64,000 bases of DNA from a bacterium (GTDB lineage Bacteria; Fidelibacterota; Fidelibacteria; Fidelibacterales; Fidelibacteraceae). Under the pieces are notes generated by a model. The model saw nothing but the letters and a program-made list of their open reading frames with translations. It made no database searches and was not told the DNA's origin. Position numbers and translations under genes: made by a program. The stretch spans positions 800,001 through 864,000 of the forward strand of contig OY781066.1 in the NCBI GenBank assembly GCA_963676395.1, in the 5' to 3' direction. Positions 20,838 to 33,389 of the stretch are shown piece by piece; the stretch's first letter is position 1, and the number at the start of each line of letters is the position of its first letter.

Positions 20838-20925
20838 AACCGAGTCGATAAGTTATGTAATCAACCGAGGCGGTTAAGTCATATATTCACCGAGGCGATC
20901 AGAATCCAAATGAACCGACTCGGTT
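20838..20925. repeat. Four degenerate copies of the AACCGA(G/C)TCGGTT palindrome at a 25-bp period
   Basis: Copies at 20838 (aaccgagtcgata), 20863 (aaccgaggcggtt), 20888 (caccgaggcgatc) and 20913 (aaccgactcggtt), with unrelated 12-nt spacers. Confidence 0.85.
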
Positions 20926-21051
20926 CAGCTCACACACAACTAACCATTTTAGTGAACCACATATTTTAAAGCCAACGCTCAAGTCGCCTAAAAATAAAAT
21001 GAGCGAACACAAAGGTCCGCCCATGAAATTTCCATCAAATATTTATAATCG

Positions 21052-23535
<2,484 letters not shown>

Positions 23536-23550
23536 ATTCGTCCTTAATTC

Positions 23551-24999
23551 TTATATTGTTTTTAACAGTTCAACCAAAAGATTCCAAACCTTAAGGATTG
23601 AAGGTATATGCATGCGTTCATCCGGTGAGTGAGGATTTTCAATCGTTGGACCCAGTGAAATCATATCCATACCATCATGTTTTCCACCAATCACACCACA
23701 TTCTAAACCACCGTGAATAACATTCACTTCGGCATCTTTGCCGAATAGTTTATTATAAACCACTTTAGTTTTAGCAAGAAGTTCTGAATCCCAGTTGGGT
23801 TGCCATGATGAGTAGCCATTGCCACTTTCGTATTTAGCACCGGCTAAATGTGCCAACATCTCAATTTTTTGAGTGAGCATGTTTCTGGCCGACATTACCT
23901 GTGAACGTTGTGATGAAAGAATTCTAATTACATCACCTTCGGTGCGAATCACAGCAAAATTGTTAGATGTTTCGGCAAGAAGCGGACCACCCTGATGAAC
24001 AGAAGGATCTAATTCTTCGGGTCCGTTAGGATAAGCGATCATGAAACGCATAATACGTTCTGCCAATTCTGTTTTGATTGCTTTTCTATCGGATTCAGCT
24101 TTTTCGAGCTTTCCAAAAAGGCCATCCTCAAAGCCTTTGTATTCATTCAAGAAGGTTGCTGTCATCGCCTGAACGATAGCCTCGGCCTCTGCAACTTTAT
24201 CTGCTGAAAGCGTTACCAATGCTTCTGAATCACGAGGAATGGCATTATGTGCCGTACCACCATGAACAGAAACCAACTGTGCGTTGGCTTTTTCTTTGAG
24301 TTCCCATAAAGTGCGAAGTAGAAGTTTGTTGGTATTGGAACGATGACGAACAATATCACCACCGGAATGACCGCCGAAACCACCGCCGATCATTACTTTA
24401 TATACATCACCTTTAACTTCTTCGTATTCCAAATCGAACCAGGATTTTGTATCAACTCCACCGCAACAACCAATGGTAAATACACCTTCGTCCTCGGAAT
24501 CTATATTAATAAGGATCTTACCTTTTAGGGTATTTTCACCTAAAGCAAGTGCTCCGGTCAAACCGGTTTCTTCATCCACAGTAAATAATAATTCCAACTC
24601 CGGATGCGGCAAGTCAGATTCCGCAATGGCCATTGCATAGGCCAGGGCAATCCCATTATCGGCACCAAGTGTGGTTTTATTTGCATATAGCCAGTCACCT
24701 TTATAAACGAATTCAATGGGATCTTTCTGGAAATCGTGATCAGAATCGGGAGTTTTTTCACAAACCATATCCATATGACCTTGAAGAGTCACGACAGGAC
24801 GATCTTCATAGCCTTCGCTGGCGGGAATAGACATAAAAACATTTAACGCATCATCACGCCAAACTTTAATATCTCTTTTTGTTGCCCAGTCCACAAGCCA
24901 TTCCGAGATGGCTTTTTCGTGTTTTGACTGGCGGGGGATCTGTGAGATTTGTTCAAAAACATCTAATACATTCTTTGTAACTGCATCCATTTTCGGCAC
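23551..24999 (-). CDS. pepD: Aminoacyl-histidine dipeptidase (M20C)
   Basis: LQGHMDMV, LGADNGI, DEETG, GGHSG, IHGGLECG, HSPDE. Confidence 0.93.
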   Translation of the reverse strand: MPKMDAVTKNVLDVFEQISQIPRQSKHEKAISEWLVDWATKRDIKVWRDDALNVFMSIPASEGYEDRPVVTLQGHMDMVCEKTPDSDHDFQKDPIEFVYKGDWLYANKTTLGADNGIALAYAMAIAESDLPHPELELLFTVDEETGLTGALALGENTLKGKILINIDSEDEGVFTIGCCGGVDTKSWFDLEYEEVKGDVYKVMIGGGFGGHSGGDIVRHRSNTNKLLLRTLWELKEKANAQLVSVHGGTAHNAIPRDSEALVTLSADKVAEAEAIVQAMTATFLNEYKGFEDGLFGKLEKAESDRKAIKTELAERIMRFMIAYPNGPEELDPSVHQGGPLLAETSNNFAVIRTEGDVIRILSSQRSQVMSARNMLTQKIEMLAHLAGAKYESGNGYSSWQPNWDSELLAKTKVVYNKLFGKDAEVNVIHGGLECGVIGGKHDGMDMISLGPTIENPHSPDERMHIPSILKVWNLLVELLKTI

Positions 25000-25272
25000 C
25001 TTTGTTTATGCTCTAAGATAAGGGTTGAGAAAGAGGATTTCAATTGTTAAAAATATTATTTCCCACTTAAGAAAAGCAAGTAACTCACACGAAGGTCTCA
25101 TATAGAAATTAACAAAATAAGAATTATTAAGATTAAGTTAATTTTATAATATCTACATATAATATTTGATTACTATGTAATATTCATTTATATTTCAAGC
25201 GTTTTTTAACGTAGCTACTAGATCTCAACTTACAACTAAATACTGATCTTATTTGATCTAAAGGAACTAAAG

Positions 25273-27081
25273 ATGAAAAAAACATTAAGCAGCTGTGTCC
25301 TAATTCTTACCTTTATAATTCCCCTCTTTGCCGGCACCTATAATGGTGGTGATGGGAGTGAAGGAAATCCTTATCAAATCGCAACAAGCGCAAATTTAAT
25401 AGAACTATCAAACACCTCAGGAGATTGGTCTTCTTATTTTATTCAAACTGCTGATATCATTTTTAATTCAGATTCATCCCTCGTTGACTGGGATGGCGAT
25501 GGAAATGCTCTCTGGGATGTAAACGACCAATTGGGGTTTTTACCTATTGGTACATCTAGCATACAATTTTTAGGCACATATAATGGTGATAATTATTCCA
25601 TCATAAATTTATTCATTAATCGCCCCACATCAGATAACATTGCTTTATTTGGATATTGTTCACTTGCCAATATCTCAAATCTAAATTTAACAAATGTCAA
25701 CATAACAGGTAATAATCTTACTGGAAGCCTACTGGGATATTCTGATAGATTGGAAGTTGAAAATTGTCATGTATCTGGAAACGTTACGGGTATTGAAGAA
25801 AAAACTGGAGGGCTTATTGGATTCGCCAGGGTGACTCATGTAAATAACTGCCATAGCTCAGTCAATGTTTATGGCGGTGATGATTTTACAGGTGGCCTAA
25901 TAGCCCATACCGAAACAGCTTGTGAAATTAGAAACTGTTACAGCACCGGAACGGTTACAAATACAGCATACGGCAACAGTAATGGTGGACTAATCGGAGA
26001 TAACGCTACCAGTACAGTAGAATATTGTTACACGACATCAGATGTATATGCCTACAGCACTTATACAGCAGGTTTTGCAGGGCGAAATGCCAGTGGAACG
26101 ATAAAAAATTGTTATTGTTCAGGATATGTACAAGCACGATCATCCTCAGCATATATTGGAGGATTTAGCGCATATAACTATGGAAGTGCTGAAATAACAA
26201 ATTGCTACAGTTCAAGTTTTGTAGACGCTTCTATCCACAGCACTAATGTTGGAGGATTTCTCGGAAATAATGCGGCTTCTGTTAGCTCTTGTTTTTGGGA
26301 TATCGATTCCTCCGGAAAAACTTTAGGTATTGGAGCCGGGACCAACTTAGGCGCTTCAGGTAAAACCAGTGTCGAGATGAGAACCGCCTCTACCTATCCA
26401 AGTACATGGGATTTTTATGGTAATCTTTCTGATGGACAAGATGATATCTGGAAAATTGAGGCAGAATCTAACGATGGGTATCCCTACCTTCGAAACACAC
26501 CTCTAGCTGAATCAGCGACACCCATTACCTTGATATCATTTACAGCAAAAACAAAAAACGGCCTTGTAAATCTTGCCTGGTCCACCGCATCCGAAACCAA
26601 TAATGCAAGCTTTGTGATTTATCGCAATAATATAGCTATCGCATCTATCAATGGAGCCGGCACAAGCAGTGAAACACAATATTATACTTACAGTGATAAT
26701 TCTGTTATTCCCGGCCAAACTTACACCTATATCTTAGCTGATCTGAGCTACGCCAATAAACTGGTAAAACATCTGGACAATGCTCAAACAATCACACTTG
26801 GTAATGAAATTAGCGAAGTCGATTATCAAATTGGAGCGGCATATCCAAATCCTTTCAACCCAAGCACACTCGTACCTATTAAATTAAACACTGACTCAAT
26901 GGTAAAAGCTGCACTCTACGATTTAAAGGGTCACAAAATAAAACAACTAGCCGATGGCAATTATTCTGCAGGCACCCATGAGCTTCAAATTGATGGTTCA
27001 CATTTAAGTACCGGTATTTATATGCTTAACATTCAAATAAATAACTTACTCAGTTCACAAAAACTCATCTTAATGAAATAA
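25273..27081 (+). CDS. Secreted GLUG-repeat beta-helix protein with a C-terminal T9SS/FlgD-like sorting domain
   Basis: Signal peptide; GDGSEGNPYQI; repeated GGLIG...NCYSxG units; C-terminal AYPNPFNPST...LSTGIY...KLILMK. Confidence 0.85.
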   Translation: MKKTLSSCVLILTFIIPLFAGTYNGGDGSEGNPYQIATSANLIELSNTSGDWSSYFIQTADIIFNSDSSLVDWDGDGNALWDVNDQLGFLPIGTSSIQFLGTYNGDNYSIINLFINRPTSDNIALFGYCSLANISNLNLTNVNITGNNLTGSLLGYSDRLEVENCHVSGNVTGIEEKTGGLIGFARVTHVNNCHSSVNVYGGDDFTGGLIAHTETACEIRNCYSTGTVTNTAYGNSNGGLIGDNATSTVEYCYTTSDVYAYSTYTAGFAGRNASGTIKNCYCSGYVQARSSSAYIGGFSAYNYGSAEITNCYSSSFVDASIHSTNVGGFLGNNAASVSSCFWDIDSSGKTLGIGAGTNLGASGKTSVEMRTASTYPSTWDFYGNLSDGQDDIWKIEAESNDGYPYLRNTPLAESATPITLISFTAKTKNGLVNLAWSTASETNNASFVIYRNNIAIASINGAGTSSETQYYTYSDNSVIPGQTYTYILADLSYANKLVKHLDNAQTITLGNEISEVDYQIGAAYPNPFNPSTLVPIKLNTDSMVKAALYDLKGHKIKQLADGNYSAGTHELQIDGSHLSTGIYMLNIQINNLLSSQKLILMK

Positions 27082-27103
27082 CACATTCATTCCATATTAA
27101 TAT

Positions 27104-27129
27104 AAAAGGCTCAGTTTTGAGCCTTTTTT
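27104..27129 (+). terminator. Rho-independent terminator
   Basis: aaaaggctca-gttt-tgagcctttttt. Confidence 0.85.
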
Positions 27130-27304
27130 GTTAGCATTTACTTTATTACAACTATTCTTAATGTTAAACCTTATTAATAAAGACTTACCCTGACAATATG
27201 ATGTACTCAAACTGAGTCAGTTGCTTAATATTTTTCCTTTTTACTTTTACCTTTTTACTTGTATCTTCGGGTGCTTTTTGTGAACACAATGAAAGGAGAC
27301 AGTC

Positions 27305-28108
27305 ATGAGAATGATCGTCATGGATAAATACGAAAAGATGAGCAAATTCACAGCTCAATATATTGCTAAACGCATCAACGATGCTCAGTCCAGCGCCGAA
27401 AAACCTTTTGTTATCGGTTTGCCGACCGGCTCTTCACCTTTGGGTGTCTACAAAGAATTGATAAATCTTTATAAAGACGGTAAAGTATCATTTAAACATG
27501 TTGTTTCTTTCAACATGGACGAATATATCGGTCTCCCCGAAGATCATCCGGAATCTTATCACTATTTCATGTACGACAATTTTTTCCAACACATTGATAT
27601 CCCAAAAGAAAACATCAATATTCTTAACGGTAATGCGGATGATCTTGAAAAAGAATGTTACGACTACGAAATGAAGATCCAGGCTATTGGGGGTATTGAC
27701 CTATTCATGGGCGGTATCGGTCCTGACGGTCATATTGCCTTCAACGAACCGGCTTCATCACTCTCATCTAGAACTCGTATCAAATCTCTTACCTACGATA
27801 CCATTCTTGCTAACTCTCGTTTCTTTGATAACGATGTTAACAAAGTTCCCAAGAATGCTCTAACCGTTGGCGTTGCCACTGTGATGGATGCCCGTGAAGT
27901 GATCATTCTTGTTAATGGTTACAAGAAAGCTCGTGCTCTTCAAAAAGTTGTTGAAGAAGGTGTAAACCATATGTGGACCGTCTCGGCGCTGCAGTTACAT
28001 CCTCGAGGCATGATCGTATGTGATGATGAAGCCACGATGGAATTAAAAGTCGGCACAGTAAAATATTTCAAGGATATCGAAGCAGAAGCCATTTCATCCG
28101 TGAAATAA
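27305..28108 (+). CDS. nagB: Glucosamine-6-phosphate deaminase
   Basis: [27 protein letters not shown]. Confidence 0.98.
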   Translation: MRMIVMDKYEKMSKFTAQYIAKRINDAQSSAEKPFVIGLPTGSSPLGVYKELINLYKDGKVSFKHVVSFNMDEYIGLPEDHPESYHYFMYDNFFQHIDIPKENINILNGNADDLEKECYDYEMKIQAIGGIDLFMGGIGPDGHIAFNEPASSLSSRTRIKSLTYDTILANSRFFDNDVNKVPKNALTVGVATVMDAREVIILVNGYKKARALQKVVEEGVNHMWTVSALQLHPRGMIVCDDEATMELKVGTVKYFKDIEAEAISSVK

Positions 28109-28135
28109 ACCTTACATAAGCTATTAAATAAATGA

Positions 28136-28173
28136 AAGAAGAGGCGCAAAATTTTGCACCTCTTCTTTTTTTT
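28136..28173 (+). terminator. Terminator formed by a REP-like palindrome
   Basis: aagaagaggcgcaaaattttgcacctcttcttttttt. Confidence 0.75.
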
Positions 28174-28326
28174 ACTATATAACCTTTCATACAATAAATC
28201 TTCGAGAACCCTCCCTATAACCGCAATGATTGTTTTTAGTTTTGAATTAAAATTTTTCCTACCAAATCCATTAACTTATCAGTAGCTTTTGTGTCAACAT
28301 TGCGGAAGCATAAAAAAAGGAATAAA

Positions 28327-30849
28327 ATGAAAAAAAATGCGATTCTATTACTAACCTTACTAAGCATTAGCTCTCTTTGGGCCGCCACTCTTTCGGGAAC
28401 CGTTAAAGATATTAAAACAAGCAAAGGACTCGAATTTGCAAATGTTGCCGTATACGAAAAAGAAAACAATGTTATTAAAACCGGTACAATGTCGGGAGTT
28501 GAAGGTAGTTTCAGGATATTCAATGTACCTGCAGGTGAATATTATTTAATTGTTTCTTACATGGGATATGAGCAAAAACGCTTTAATGGAATTAAACTCA
28601 ACGGCAATAATATTGATATTGGCACTATAATGATGACACCGACTTCATTAAAAATGAAAGATGTTGTTGTAGAAGCTGAGAAACCTGCCGTTACATATAA
28701 AATAGATAAACGCGTTATCGATGCCTCTCAATTTCTTTCAGCCAAAGGCGGAACTGCCGTAGAAATCCTGGAAAACGTACCTTCTGTTGATGTGGACATC
28801 GAAGGCAATGTATCTCTTCGCGGCAGCGAAAACTTTACCGTCATGATCGATGGCCGTCCCTCAGTACTGGAACCGCAGGATGCGCTTGAATCTATACCTG
28901 CAGTTTCAATTGAAAACATTGAGATTATGACCAATGCATCGGCTAAATTCGAGGCCGAAGGCGGCGCAGGTATTATTAACATTGTCACAAAACGCGATAA
29001 ACGCATCGGCATTACCGGACTTGCATCGTTGAATGCAGGTACGAACAATCTCGGTGGAAATATTCTATTGAACTATACGAACAAAAATATAACTGCATAT
29101 ATTTCTGCAGATTATAGTCAACGAAAATTTAGTGGTGAATCCTATGTTGACCGAATGTTGTATGGTGCAGACTCAAGCACAAATTTCGTTTCCGAAGGTG
29201 AAAGAAATTTCCAACGAGCCGGGTGGGGTATTAAAGGTGGTTTGGATTATTTCATCAGTAAAAAAGATGTGATCGGACTATCATTCAACTACGGTCCGAG
29301 AGGTATGACACATTCCACCACAAACGACTACTCGGTTACGTATTGGGATAATGCAACAAACACCTCCACTGCTCATGATAATTATACCTCTTACGATATT
29401 ACTACACGTGGTGGTGATCGCTATTCTGTATTAATGGATTATACACATACTTTTAAAGATAAAACCATAAAAGAAGTTGACAAAAAATCTAAGGGTGCAG
29501 GTCAGGGTCCCGGTGGCCATGGCGGCCCCGGTGGACGGAGTATGTCAACTCAGGGCAAAAATTCATCTGGCCATAAATTAAAGATCGAAGGTTCATACTC
29601 ATCATGGAATATGGATGAAGACGGTTATACATATCTTGTTGATGATTTGGGTGATACCACTGAAGGTCAGCGTCAAACCGAGACTGGTCCATCAAACAGC
29701 ATTCGTGGTAAACTAGAATATACACTTCCTTTAACCACCAGCTCTACTTTTGAAACCGGTGCTGATGCGAAATTCAACTGGAAAACAGATGAAAGCGACA
29801 TGTATGAATTGAATCCATTAACCGGAGATTTTATTCGTCAGGATCTTTATTCTTATGATGTTAATTACAAGCAGAATACTTTCTCGGGTTATGCTTTATA
29901 CTCAAACACTATTGGTCTTCTTGGTATCCAGCCTGGCTTAAGAGCCGAATATACCTACCGTGAGATCGCAAGTGAAGGTGCGGATTCAACCTATATTATT
30001 GATAGATTACACCTCTTCCCAACATTGCATATGTCCTATGAATTGCCCAAATATGTGCAGTTGATGGCATCATACACTCGACGTGTTTCTCGTCCCCGCG
30101 GTTGGCAACTGGAACCCTTCTATGTCTGGCAAGATGCCTATAATATCCGTGTAGGTAACCCGGCGTTGGCACCCGAAATGACAGACTCATATGAATTCTC
30201 TGTTCAAAAAAGTTTTGGTAAGAATTTCATTTCTATGGATGCTTTTTACAAGCACACGACAGATAAGATCGAGCGCATTGAAAGCATGTATGAAAATGCC
30301 GAAAATATCATCTTGAACACCTTTGAAAATGTCGGAACCGACCAATCTTTAGGGTTCGAGCTTATGGGTAACTTCAATATTTTCTCATGGTGGATGATGA
30401 ATGTTTCCGGCAGTCTATACCATTACAATGTTGCCGGTGAACTCTACGGTGAAGACTTTGATGAAAGCTCTGTAAACTACAGAGCCCGCTTCCGCAACAC
30501 CTTCATGTTCCCCTGGGGTACACGTATGCAAGTTGGTTTATCCTACCGCTCGGCATCGGCTACGGCACAAGGAAGCAGCTCCGGTGGATTAATGACAGAC
30601 CTGGGGATTCGACAGGATTTTTTGGACGGCAAACTTTCTGCCACTCTACAGGTAAGAGATATCTTTGGAACCGGATTCAGACAATATGAAACCACCACAC
30701 CATCAAGTTACACCTACTCTGAATTCTATCATGATGCACCGATGATCTCACTGGATCTTTCTCTGAAGATTAACAATTACAAGCAGCAAAAGACAGATAA
30801 TTTCGATAGCGATAGCTTTGAATCTGAAAGTGGTGGAATGGACTATTAA
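28327..30849 (+). CDS. TonB-dependent outer-membrane receptor (carboxypeptidase-like N-domain, plug and beta-barrel)
   Basis: Signal peptide; plug motifs ENVPSVDVD..GNVSLRG and IENIEIMTN..AKFEAEG..GIINIV; barrel motifs GLRAEY and GNPALAPE. Confidence 0.9.
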   Translation: MKKNAILLLTLLSISSLWAATLSGTVKDIKTSKGLEFANVAVYEKENNVIKTGTMSGVEGSFRIFNVPAGEYYLIVSYMGYEQKRFNGIKLNGNNIDIGTIMMTPTSLKMKDVVVEAEKPAVTYKIDKRVIDASQFLSAKGGTAVEILENVPSVDVDIEGNVSLRGSENFTVMIDGRPSVLEPQDALESIPAVSIENIEIMTNASAKFEAEGGAGIINIVTKRDKRIGITGLASLNAGTNNLGGNILLNYTNKNITAYISADYSQRKFSGESYVDRMLYGADSSTNFVSEGERNFQRAGWGIKGGLDYFISKKDVIGLSFNYGPRGMTHSTTNDYSVTYWDNATNTSTAHDNYTSYDITTRGGDRYSVLMDYTHTFKDKTIKEVDKKSKGAGQGPGGHGGPGGRSMSTQGKNSSGHKLKIEGSYSSWNMDEDGYTYLVDDLGDTTEGQRQTETGPSNSIRGKLEYTLPLTTSSTFETGADAKFNWKTDESDMYELNPLTGDFIRQDLYSYDVNYKQNTFSGYALYSNTIGLLGIQPGLRAEYTYREIASEGADSTYIIDRLHLFPTLHMSYELPKYVQLMASYTRRVSRPRGWQLEPFYVWQDAYNIRVGNPALAPEMTDSYEFSVQKSFGKNFISMDAFYKHTTDKIERIESMYENAENIILNTFENVGTDQSLGFELMGNFNIFSWWMMNVSGSLYHYNVAGELYGEDFDESSVNYRARFRNTFMFPWGTRMQVGLSYRSASATAQGSSSGGLMTDLGIRQDFLDGKLSATLQVRDIFGTGFRQYETTTPSSYTYSEFYHDAPMISLDLSLKINNYKQQKTDNFDSDSFESESGGMDY

Positions 30850-30883
30850 ACACAAGAAACATGATATAAATTCCTATTATAAT

Positions 30884-30909
30884 AAAAGGAGCCAATGGCT
30901 CCTTTTTTT
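30884..30909. terminator. Bidirectional terminator
   Basis: aaaaggagcca-a-tggctccttttttt between convergent genes. Confidence 0.85.
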
Positions 30910-30937
30910 GTTATAAAAATATTTTAATTTCTTGAAT

Positions 30938-31519
30938 TTAAAACGGTAAATCCGCCACTATACCTTCAGCAAATTCTACTCTGGCCCGAGCTTCATCTTT
31001 CAGACTATATCCTGTAAAATCCTTAAACAATCCAGGAAAAATGCTTACAAACAACAAATTACTGAAAAGTCGATGCAAAGACATATTCAATTCTTTTCGA
31101 TCAATATTATGCTTTTGAGAAATACGATCGGCAAATCCTTTAAGAAAGTCGTTCATATATTTATATGATTTCGCATCAATATTTCCATGTGAAAAAGCTT
31201 CATGAAAATGCAAACGTGTAATGTAAGGGAAACGAGCGCCCCCTTCGAGCATGTACATGCACATATCTCGAGCTATATCTTTGAATGGTTTATCTTTTTC
31301 ACTCATATTTTGCAAGTCCTCAATCATATGATCAAAGGTAATCCGCTTGACCTGTTCAACCAGATTTTCTTTTGAGCGAAAATGATAATTAACGGCAGCA
31401 ATATTTACATTTGCAGCTTCTGCGATCATTCTTACCGTTAGAGCATCAAAGCCATAACGCTCTATACATTCTATTGTAGTGTGTATGATCTTTTCGGGTG
31501 TTTTGATTTTTTTATCCAT
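30938..31519 (-). CDS. TetR/AcrR-family transcriptional regulator
   Basis: GFDALTVRMIAEAANVNIAAVNYHFRSKENL HTH. Confidence 0.93.
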   Translation of the reverse strand: MDKKIKTPEKIIHTTIECIERYGFDALTVRMIAEAANVNIAAVNYHFRSKENLVEQVKRITFDHMIEDLQNMSEKDKPFKDIARDMCMYMLEGGARFPYITRLHFHEAFSHGNIDAKSYKYMNDFLKGFADRISQKHNIDRKELNMSLHRLFSNLLFVSIFPGLFKDFTGYSLKDEARARVEFAEGIVADLPF

Positions 31520-31557
31520 GTTTAAAATTACCCTCTCATCTTTTTAAAAACAAGGTT

Positions 31558-32400
31558 TTAAACACCTGTTGGCAAACCGGGGACATCAGGAAGATATTCT
31601 TCTTTTTTTAATTTTATCGCTCTGGCCTTGGCCCATCGGTTTCCGGTTAGTCTTGCGGAAATAACTTTAGATGGCAGTGTCCCCAGCACCTGCAATATAC
31701 GATTAAAGAAACCTGGAATAATGATCGCCTTATTCTTTAAGACTCCCTGCACAGCTTTTTTTGCAATAAAATCGGGATAGAACGTTGAAAGTTTTCCGCC
31801 TAGCCCTTGTGATTCAACATCCTTAATCACATTTAAATTTGTATAAATACCTCCGGGGCAAAGTGAGGAGACTCTGATCCCATTCTTTTTCACTTCCTCT
31901 CTCAAGGCCAAAGTAAAGTGTGTATTAAACGCTTTTGTTGATGAATAGACTGCAAAATTTGGCATGGGAAAAAATGAAGATAATGATGACACATTAATCA
32001 TGTATGACTTTGCATTTTTCTTCAATAGTGAAACGAATTCATAACTAAGATGAGAAACAGTTTGAACATTCAACTCTATTGTTCGGCTCCATTTAACATA
32101 CTCACTTTCAAGAAAAGGTACCGCACCACCTATGCCGGCATTATTTACTAACATTGACACAGCTAAACCGCTCGATTGAACTTTATCAATAAAATCTGTT
32201 CGTTCTTTTTCTATTACCAAATCATGTTCAAAACAACGAACATCACATCCATAATGTTGGATCAATCCTTCTTTAACTGTTTCTATCCCTGTTCCGGGTA
32301 AATCACATAAGATCACGTTCCAACCTCTTTTGGCAATTTCATATGCAAATGATCTTCCTAATCCTCTGCTGGCTCCGGTTATTATTGCGTACTCTTTCAT
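31558..32400 (-). CDS. Short-chain dehydrogenase/reductase
   Basis: TGASRGLG, NNAG, YSSTK. Confidence 0.92.
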   Translation of the reverse strand: MKEYAIITGASRGLGRSFAYEIAKRGWNVILCDLPGTGIETVKEGLIQHYGCDVRCFEHDLVIEKERTDFIDKVQSSGLAVSMLVNNAGIGGAVPFLESEYVKWSRTIELNVQTVSHLSYEFVSLLKKNAKSYMINVSSLSSFFPMPNFAVYSSTKAFNTHFTLALREEVKKNGIRVSSLCPGGIYTNLNVIKDVESQGLGGKLSTFYPDFIAKKAVQGVLKNKAIIIPGFFNRILQVLGTLPSKVISARLTGNRWAKARAIKLKKEEYLPDVPGLPTGV

Positions 32401-32485
32401 TTAAATTCCTTTTATTCTTTTTCTAACACTTGTATAAAATACTTGTTTTAAATATATGTTTTACCAATAATAAATAGGAGATGAT

Positions 32486-33331
32486 ATGAACACAACAAAA
32501 CAAAAGATCATACTGATCACCGGTGCAACATCGGGAATCGGTTTCGCAACTGCTAATGGCTTATTGCAAGAAGGTTACCACGTAATCATTTCGGGAAGAA
32601 ATAAAAACAGACTATCTTTAGCCCATAAAAAACTCAAACAATACCACCCAAAACGTCATATCGATACATTATTGTGCGATCTATCCTCCCTAAACTCAAT
32701 AAAGGAAGCTGCCGAATTGATCACAAAAGAACACGATAAGCTTGATGTTTTGATCAACAATGCCGGTTCCTTTGCTTCTTCCCGCAAGGAGACTAAAGAT
32801 GGTTTTGAATGGCAATTTGGGATTAATCACCTAGGACACTTTTACCTAACTCATCTCTTGTTACCACTGATCAAAAAAGCAGAACAAGGAAGAATCATCA
32901 ACATGAGTTCCGGCTCACATTATAACGGCAAAATTCACTGGAATGATCTACAACTAAAACACTATCGTGCTTTAAAAAGTTACGGACAGTCAAAATTAGC
33001 CAATGTACTTTTTACTTATGAATTGGCAAGAAGGTTAAAAGGGACAAGTATAACTGTTAATGCAGTTGATCCCGGCTTAGTCAATACAAACATGGGTGAA
33101 AAAGATACAGGATTTCTAACCCAATTCATTTGGAGTCGCCGTAAAAAACATGGTAAAAGTGTCGAAGTCGGTGCCTCTTCTTCGATCTTTCTTTCTCATA
33201 GCGCCGAAGGAGGCAAGAACACAGGCCTATATTGGAAATACTGTAAGCCCGTTGCTTCCAGTAGGCGCTCATATAAAGTTGAAGATCAATTGAGATTATG
33301 GGAGATATCTTCGATACTCTGTGGAATTTAA
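32486..33331 (+). CDS. Short-chain dehydrogenase/reductase (retinol-dehydrogenase-like)
   Basis: TGATSGIG, NNAG, NHLGHF, YGQSK. Confidence 0.92.
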   Translation: MNTTKQKIILITGATSGIGFATANGLLQEGYHVIISGRNKNRLSLAHKKLKQYHPKRHIDTLLCDLSSLNSIKEAAELITKEHDKLDVLINNAGSFASSRKETKDGFEWQFGINHLGHFYLTHLLLPLIKKAEQGRIINMSSGSHYNGKIHWNDLQLKHYRALKSYGQSKLANVLFTYELARRLKGTSITVNAVDPGLVNTNMGEKDTGFLTQFIWSRRKKHGKSVEVGASSSIFLSHSAEGGKNTGLYWKYCKPVASSRRSYKVEDQLRLWEISSILCGI

Positions 33332-33340
33332 TAATGAAAT

Positions 33341-33371
33341 AAAAAAACCTCGAACTTTGTCGAGGTTTTTT
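33341..33371. terminator. Bidirectional terminator
   Basis: aaaaaaacctcga-actttg-tcgaggtttttt. Confidence 0.85.
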
Positions 33372-33389
33372 ATTTCTATTTCAAAGCTT

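Noticed and set aside
20153..20925. CRISPR array interpretation of the periodic palindromes
   Set aside because: A 13-bp repeat with 12-bp spacers is far below CRISPR dimensions, two spacers are near-identical, and there are no cas genes in the window.
29480..29575. Gly-rich insertion (GAGQGPGGHGGPGG) in the TonB receptor
   Set aside because: Low-complexity loops are common in this receptor family, and there is no sign of phase variation or a mobile insert.
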